A stretch of 27,765 bases of DNA from an uncultured virus (IMG/VR IMGVR_UViG_3300032218_002295) (lineage: Duplodnaviria; Heunggongvirae; Uroviricota; Caudoviricetes). Positions within the stretch are counted from its first letter, which is position 1. Each line of letters starts with the position of its first letter. Positions 23,242-27,765 of the stretch are shown piece after piece. Position numbers and translations under genes: made by a program. The notes beneath the pieces were generated by a model. That model was not told where the DNA came from, searched no databases, and saw only the letters and a list, made by a program, of their open reading frames with translations. The stretch lies in the IMG/VR virus record IMGVR_UViG_3300032218_002295. One strand, given 5' to 3'.

Positions 23242-23315
23242 TTACTCACTAAATTAATCCGCAGGTCATCGTGATATTTATTCGGACAACGACCTCTTAA
23301 ACCTAAGGAATAAAC

Positions 23316-24077
23316 ATGTCAGAAACAACCGACGTTGTAGACAGTCCAGCAGCTCAGGAAGCATTCCTAGCTGATGTACCTAAAGCAACAGAAACACCAG
23401 TTACACCCATCCAAGCGCAAAACTCAAAGGGCTATACCGAAGAGGATTTGAAGCGAGTAAGAGAGCAAGAGAAATCTAAGCTCTATCCTCAAATTGATTC
23501 TCTTAAAGAAGAACTTAATGTTCTTAAAAGAGAGCGCGAAGAACGACTCCTAGAGGCTGACCGCCTACGTGAGGAGCAAGAAGCAGAGGCAAAAAAGAAA
23601 GCCGAAGCTGAGATGGATGTCCGCCAACTTCTTGAGACTAAAGAAAAAGAATGGGCGGAGAAGTTAGAAGCTGAGCGCGTAGAGCGCGAAAGAGCTTTTC
23701 TTTTGCTAGACCGTGAACGCCAATATTCAGAATTAACAGAATATCGCAACTCACGAGTATCGCAAGAGCAAGACAATATTCTTCCTGAATTGCTTGATCT
23801 AATTTCTGGTAATACCCGAGATGAGATTGAATCTAGCATTTTAGGCCTCAAGGAACGATCAGCTCGTATTCTTGATTCAGCGCAAGCAGCTACCCAAAGT
23901 TTGCGTCGCGAAATGACGGGGACAAGAACAACCTTGCCTCCGACTTTGGAGAATAACTCGGATCAACAACAGTTTACAGCGGAACAAATCGCCGCTATGT
24001 CGGTTGCTGACTATGCAAAATATCGCTCGAGACTACTACCTAATGTAGGTTCGAATAGCAAGGGAATCTTCGGGTAA
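23316..24077 (+). CDS. Capsid scaffolding protein
   Basis: Acidic coiled coil between portal and capsid, with a C-terminal IAAMSVADYAKYR helix. Confidence 0.85.
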   Translation: MSETTDVVDSPAAQEAFLADVPKATETPVTPIQAQNSKGYTEEDLKRVREQEKSKLYPQIDSLKEELNVLKREREERLLEADRLREEQEAEAKKKAEAEMDVRQLLETKEKEWAEKLEAERVERERAFLLLDRERQYSELTEYRNSRVSQEQDNILPELLDLISGNTRDEIESSILGLKERSARILDSAQAATQSLRREMTGTRTTLPPTLENNSDQQQFTAEQIAAMSVADYAKYRSRLLPNVGSNSKGIFG

Positions 24078-24122
24078 ATAAGTAACACGTCCATTCATTA
24101 ATGACTAAGGAGTAATACCGAC

Positions 24123-25199
24123 ATGGCATCAGCCGTAACAGGTACCGGCAATCTAGCCGCTGCCCCAACAGCGTATTCTGGCGCTAACAGCCAGCTTACA
24201 CAAGCAATTCAGACAATCTGGTCGAAGGAAATCCTTTTCCAGTCAATGCCTATTCTTCGCTTCGAACAGTTCGCTGTTAAGAAGACAGAACTAGGAGTTG
24301 CACCTGGTCTCCAGATCAACTTCATGCGTTACAACAACCTTGGCTTCGCATCTTCACTAGTTGAAGGTGTTCGTATGTCAACAAACGCACTTACAGCACA
24401 GCAGTTCTCAATCACAGTTGCAGAGCATGGCTATGCAATTGCTGTTTCAGAGCTTCTATTGAACGCATCATTCGATGACGTAATGGCATCAGCTTCACGT
24501 CTTCTTGGCCGTAACATGGCCCTATACCTAGATGGTCAGGCACGTGACACACTCATGGCCGCATCTTCTGTCATCTACGGTTATGACCGTACAGGTGTAT
24601 CAGGAGTCAACTCATGGTACGACGCAGGAACAGCAGCAACATCACGTGCAGAGCTAACAGGTACTTCATACCTAACAACAGCAACCGTTAAGGATGCAGT
24701 TGAAACTCTAGCAACCAAGAACATCCCAAGGTTGGGCGAGACCTACGTTGCATTCGTACACCCACACCAGTCACGTCGTCTCCGCGATAACGCAGAGTTC
24801 ATTGAAGTGACTAAGTACGCTGCTCCAGGTAACTTCATGCTAGGTGAAATTGGTCGTCTATACGACACAGTATTCATCGAAACAACTCAGGTTCAGAAGG
24901 TAACAAACGGTGCTGGTTCAGGCTATTCAGCTGACACAGCAGTAGCTGCATCTTCAATTGTTTACCCAACTGGCGGAGGTTACACAACTCCTGTTACAAA
25001 GACAGGTAACGGTAACAAGGATCGTTATTCAGCAATCTTCATTGGTGATAACGCATTTGGTCACGCTATTTCACTTCCAGTTGAACTCCGCGATGGCGGT
25101 ATTCTTGACTTCGGTCGTGAGCATGCATTGGCTTGGTACGCTATTTACGGTCTTGGTCTTATTACTGACCAGTCTGTATTGATTGCAGAAACCAACTAA
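24123..25199 (+). CDS. Major capsid protein (N4-gp56-like family)
   Basis: 358 aa; LRFEQFA, YVAFVHPHQ, GEIGRLYDTVFIET and DFGREHALAWY; strongest codon bias; follows scaffold. Confidence 0.93.
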   Translation: MASAVTGTGNLAAAPTAYSGANSQLTQAIQTIWSKEILFQSMPILRFEQFAVKKTELGVAPGLQINFMRYNNLGFASSLVEGVRMSTNALTAQQFSITVAEHGYAIAVSELLLNASFDDVMASASRLLGRNMALYLDGQARDTLMAASSVIYGYDRTGVSGVNSWYDAGTAATSRAELTGTSYLTTATVKDAVETLATKNIPRLGETYVAFVHPHQSRRLRDNAEFIEVTKYAAPGNFMLGEIGRLYDTVFIETTQVQKVTNGAGSGYSADTAVAASSIVYPTGGGYTTPVTKTGNGNKDRYSAIFIGDNAFGHAISLPVELRDGGILDFGREHALAWYAIYGLGLITDQSVLIAETN

Positions 25200-25210
25200 T
25201 TTAATAACCC

Positions 25211-25244
25211 TTGGGGAGGCGGGGCTTGAAATCCGCCTCCCCAA
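25211..25244 (+). terminator. Stem-loop after capsid gene (partial terminator or mRNA stabiliser)
   Basis: TTGGGGAGGCGG...CCGCCTCCCCAA 12-bp stem; no U tract. Confidence 0.65.
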
Positions 25245-25270
25245 CATAAACATTTAGGAGAATAATAATC

Positions 25271-25636
25271 GTGGCAAAAGCAAAAGTAACAGACGTAACT
25301 GGTCGTCAACGTGAAGAATTGATCAAGGCAAATGCCGAGGCACTTCTTAAGCGCTCAGAAGAAATGAGCATCGCTACACAACTTGACGCAGTTCGTCTAG
25401 AAACAGAAGTACTTGACTTGACAGTCGAGGGTGAGCCAACCGTAATCGATGAGGTTGAAAGCGTAGGCGTAGACCTAGCTGATGATTCCCAGGTTATCCG
25501 CGTTGCAGAAGATTTAGACTTTGTAACTATTGGTGTTGGAAAGCACTATTCGTTCAAAGCCGGTCAAAAGTATAAGGTTGCAAAGCATGTGGCGACACAT
25601 TTGCAAGAAAAGGGTTATCTTTACGACCGCCTCTAG
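25271..25636 (+). CDS. Hypothetical head-module protein
   Basis: AGGAG SD, GTG start, directly after capsid. Confidence 0.8.
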   Translation: MAKAKVTDVTGRQREELIKANAEALLKRSEEMSIATQLDAVRLETEVLDLTVEGEPTVIDEVESVGVDLADDSQVIRVAEDLDFVTIGVGKHYSFKAGQKYKVAKHVATHLQEKGYLYDRL

Positions 25637-25651
25637 TCGCTAATCTAGATC

Positions 25652-25698
25652 GCCCACTTCGACAGCTGCCCTCTTGTCGGAGTGGGCCCTATTTGTTT
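25652..25698 (+). terminator. Terminator-like hairpin
   Basis: GCCCACTTCGACAG...TTGTCGGAGTGGGC with G-U pairs, followed by CCTATTTGTTT. Confidence 0.6.
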
Positions 25699-25730
25699 AA
25701 CCTGACTATTTGGACTTATTAGTAGATGAT
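25695..25730 (+). promoter_or_regulatory. Candidate late promoter P5
   Basis: GTTTA-AC-CTGAC-N18-GATGAT. Confidence 0.55.
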
Positions 25731-25768
25731 AATCCTATAGCTTAGCTGGTGGAAGAGGATAAGGATTA

Positions 25769-26866
25769 GTGGCAAATATTCAAACCCTAGCCAATAGGCT
25801 TAGAGCCGAGATTGGCGATATAGGTAGATTCTTTGATGAGAATTTCACTGGCGATGGCCGCACCCGTAGATTCCAACTTTCTGTTTCTCCTGTAAAAGGA
25901 TTATCTCTTAAAGTTTTAGTAAATGGGGTAGATGTATCTGCCACCACTGCTGTTGAAGAAGTTAGCGGATTATTTGAACTAGCTAACGTTGCAGCTGATA
26001 ATGCAACAATCGAAGTATCTGGCACACAGTATAAATACTTTACTGATGTTGAAATCCAGCAATATGTAATTAATGCTTTTTATGAGCATGCTTATACCAC
26101 TACCGATTCAAATGGCAGTTTAGCAACTATGGCCTCCCTACCGGTTATTGATGAGTACCCATTAGTAATCCTAGCTACAAGCATGGCCCTCTATACTCTT
26201 GCTACAGATGCTGCATTTGATATTGATATTATTTCACCAGATGGTGTTTCTATTCCTAGATCTGAGCGTTACCGCCAGCTTATGGAAGTAGTACAGCAAA
26301 GAAAAGAACAATACCGTGAGCTTTGTTCTTTGCTCGGTATTGGTATGTACCGTATTGAGGTTACTACTCTACGCCGCATTAGCCGACGCACAAATCGCTA
26401 CGTACCTGTATATCGTCCACAGGAAGTTGACGACGGTTCTATTCCACAAAGAGTTTATTTATCTATGCCTACTTATGGAGATATTACCCCTCCATCATCA
26501 GTTCCAACAAAAGACTTGTCTATGTACTCAGGAGATGATTTCTGCCTAGACTTGGCTTTTGACCATGATTTAACTCACTATACAGCCCTCTCTCAAATTC
26601 GTTTATATCCCCAGCTTCCAGCTAATCAAGTCGGACCATTACTACTAGCTACCTTTGAAATAACTAAATCTGCCTCTATATCAGGGGGTATTTTAGATAA
26701 ACTTAGCTTATACTTACCTAGTTCTGTTACAGCAGACTTGCCTCGCACAGCATATTGGGACCTACAACTTACGGACAATACTACCGGACACGTTAAAACA
26801 TACCTCCAAGGCAAGATCTTTACCAAGGCTCAGGTAACAACAACTAACGGAGATTTCCATGTGTAA
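25769..26866 (+). CDS. Probable head-completion / head-tail adaptor protein with extra beta domains
   Basis: [11 protein letters not shown]...[11 protein letters not shown] adaptor-like helices interrupted by an FTGDG beta domain. C-terminal [10 protein letters not shown]...AYWDLQL...TYLQGK domain. Position after capsid. Confidence 0.7.
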   Translation: MANIQTLANRLRAEIGDIGRFFDENFTGDGRTRRFQLSVSPVKGLSLKVLVNGVDVSATTAVEEVSGLFELANVAADNATIEVSGTQYKYFTDVEIQQYVINAFYEHAYTTTDSNGSLATMASLPVIDEYPLVILATSMALYTLATDAAFDIDIISPDGVSIPRSERYRQLMEVVQQRKEQYRELCSLLGIGMYRIEVTTLRRISRRTNRYVPVYRPQEVDDGSIPQRVYLSMPTYGDITPPSSVPTKDLSMYSGDDFCLDLAFDHDLTHYTALSQIRLYPQLPANQVGPLLLATFEITKSASISGGILDKLSLYLPSSVTADLPRTAYWDLQLTDNTTGHVKTYLQGKIFTKAQVTTTNGDFHV

Positions 26867-27765
26867 TATTTGCGGTGACCCAAGCAATAATTGCGAAGAG
26901 CCACGCCTTCTTGGTATTTCCGGTGATGGAAATCCAAGCGTTATTCGTTTAGGTTTAGATTCAGGATCAATGCCTTCGGGCTCAACAGGCCCTATGGGAC
27001 CTACAGGTCCAATTGGACATACTGGACCTACCGGTTCTACTGGCCCAACTGGCCCATCAGTTACTGGTCCTACAGGCCATGCTGGCCCAACAGGTGTAAC
27101 TGGCCCAACAGGTTCACGTGGTTTACAGGGAGATCCAGGTCCTACAGGACCTCAAGGTGCTACAGGACCTCAAGGTAACCTAGGACCAACGGGTGCTACT
27201 GGCGCCGCATCAACTGTTCCAGGCCCAACTGGTCCTCAAGGACCTGCAGGTTCTACGGGTGTTGCGGGCCAATCAATTACTGGACCTACTGGTGCACGTG
27301 GTGCAACCGGCCCACAAGGTGTTCCTGGTGAACAAGGTGTTGCAGGTGCAACAGGCCCTACAGGTGCAACTGGTTCACAAGGAACAGCTGGACCTACAGG
27401 TGCAACAGGCACTAGAGGTTTACAGGGATTAGAAGGACCTACAGGTCCTCAGGGCGATCAAGGTTCACAAGGAACAGCTGGACCTACAGGTGCACAAGGC
27501 GCACGTGGTGCTACAGGATCTGCGGGTATTCAAGGTGTTCAAGGTGTAGCTGGAGATACTGGTCCTGCTGGACCAACAGGCCCTAGAGGTCTTGTTGGAC
27601 CTACAGGCGGTGTAGGACCTACTGGTGCAACTGGTGCTGCAAGTACAGTTCCTGGACCAACAGGACCTACCGGTGCTCAAGGTACCTCAATTAATATTCA
27701 AGGAAGTCTTGCAAATTCTGGACTTCTATCTACAATCACAAATCCACAACGCAATGATGCTTACA
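26859..27765 (+). CDS. Collagen-like (Gly-Pro-Thr-rich) fibre protein, truncated at window end
   Basis: Not in the track because it has no stop. GGAG SD, ATG at 26859 ([19 protein letters not shown]...), then Gly-X-Y triplets from ~26979 to ~27690. Confidence 0.92.
   Translation, partial: MCNICGDPSNNCEEPRLLGISGDGNPSVIRLGLDSGSMPSGSTGPMGPTGPIGHTGPTGSTGPTGPSVTGPTGHAGPTGVTGPTGSRGLQGDPGPTGPQGATGPQGNLGPTGATGAASTVPGPTGPQGPAGSTGVAGQSITGPTGARGATGPQGVPGEQGVAGATGPTGATGSQGTAGPTGATGTRGLQGLEGPTGPQGDQGSQGTAGPTGAQGARGATGSAGIQGVQGVAGDTGPAGPTGPRGLVGPTGGVGPTGATGAASTVPGPTGPTGAQGTSINIQGSLANSGLLSTITNPQRNDAY
27372..27494 (+). repeat. 33-bp exact direct repeat within the collagen region
   Basis: GGTTCACAAGGAACAGCTGGACCTACAGGTGCA at 27372-27404 and 27462-27494, in frame and 90 nt apart. 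Confidence 0.9.

Noticed and set aside
679..27680. Numerous track ORFs nested in or antisense to larger genes (e.g. 1286-1504, 2895-3116, 6484-6819, 10213-10620, 19328-19636, 23489-23851, 27193-27432)
   Set aside because: Shadow frames of well-supported genes, lacking SDs and motifs.
26979..27690. Repetitive DNA resembling a CRISPR or satellite array
   Set aside because: The periodicity is 9 nt and fully explained by Gly-X-Y codons; there is no repeat-spacer structure.

Overview
A 27.8 kb piece of a tailed dsDNA phage genome, most likely infecting Actinobacteria. The evidence is a WhiB regulator, an actinobacterial-type parS palindrome, a PASTA-like domain and a probable leaderless gene. The moderate GC content (judged by eye) fits a low-GC freshwater actinobacterial host; that is inference. 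There are two divergent arms. The left arm (1-9353, minus strand) is early/accessory: a CobT-like metallopeptidase-VWA plus MoxR/CbbQ-type AAA+ pair, a DnaJ-type zinc-finger protein, WhiB and many small ORFs, several missed by the ORF track. These are interleaved with dense structured non-coding elements: a 45-nt tRNA mimic lacking the anticodon arm, tandem pseudoknots with an identical loop, two ~230-nt long-stem elements, an SD-sequestering leader for a six-cysteine peptide, and a perfect parS. The right arm (9847-27765, plus strand) holds Hsp20, an HslV/proteasome-beta-like protease, a block of Lys/Arg-rich proteins, an HNH-like protein, a split-PASTA virion-like protein, a convergent secreted lytic transglycosylase with a four-hairpin leader, and a KTSC protein. 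These are followed by terminase (Asp to Asn at the expected first nuclease residue), portal, scaffold, major capsid, a head-completion protein and a truncated collagen-like protein. Five plus-strand intergenic regions share a fixed-spacing GTT(TA/CA/AG)-N25-RAnnnT motif that looks like a late promoter. All calls were made by eye; no searches or folding software were run.
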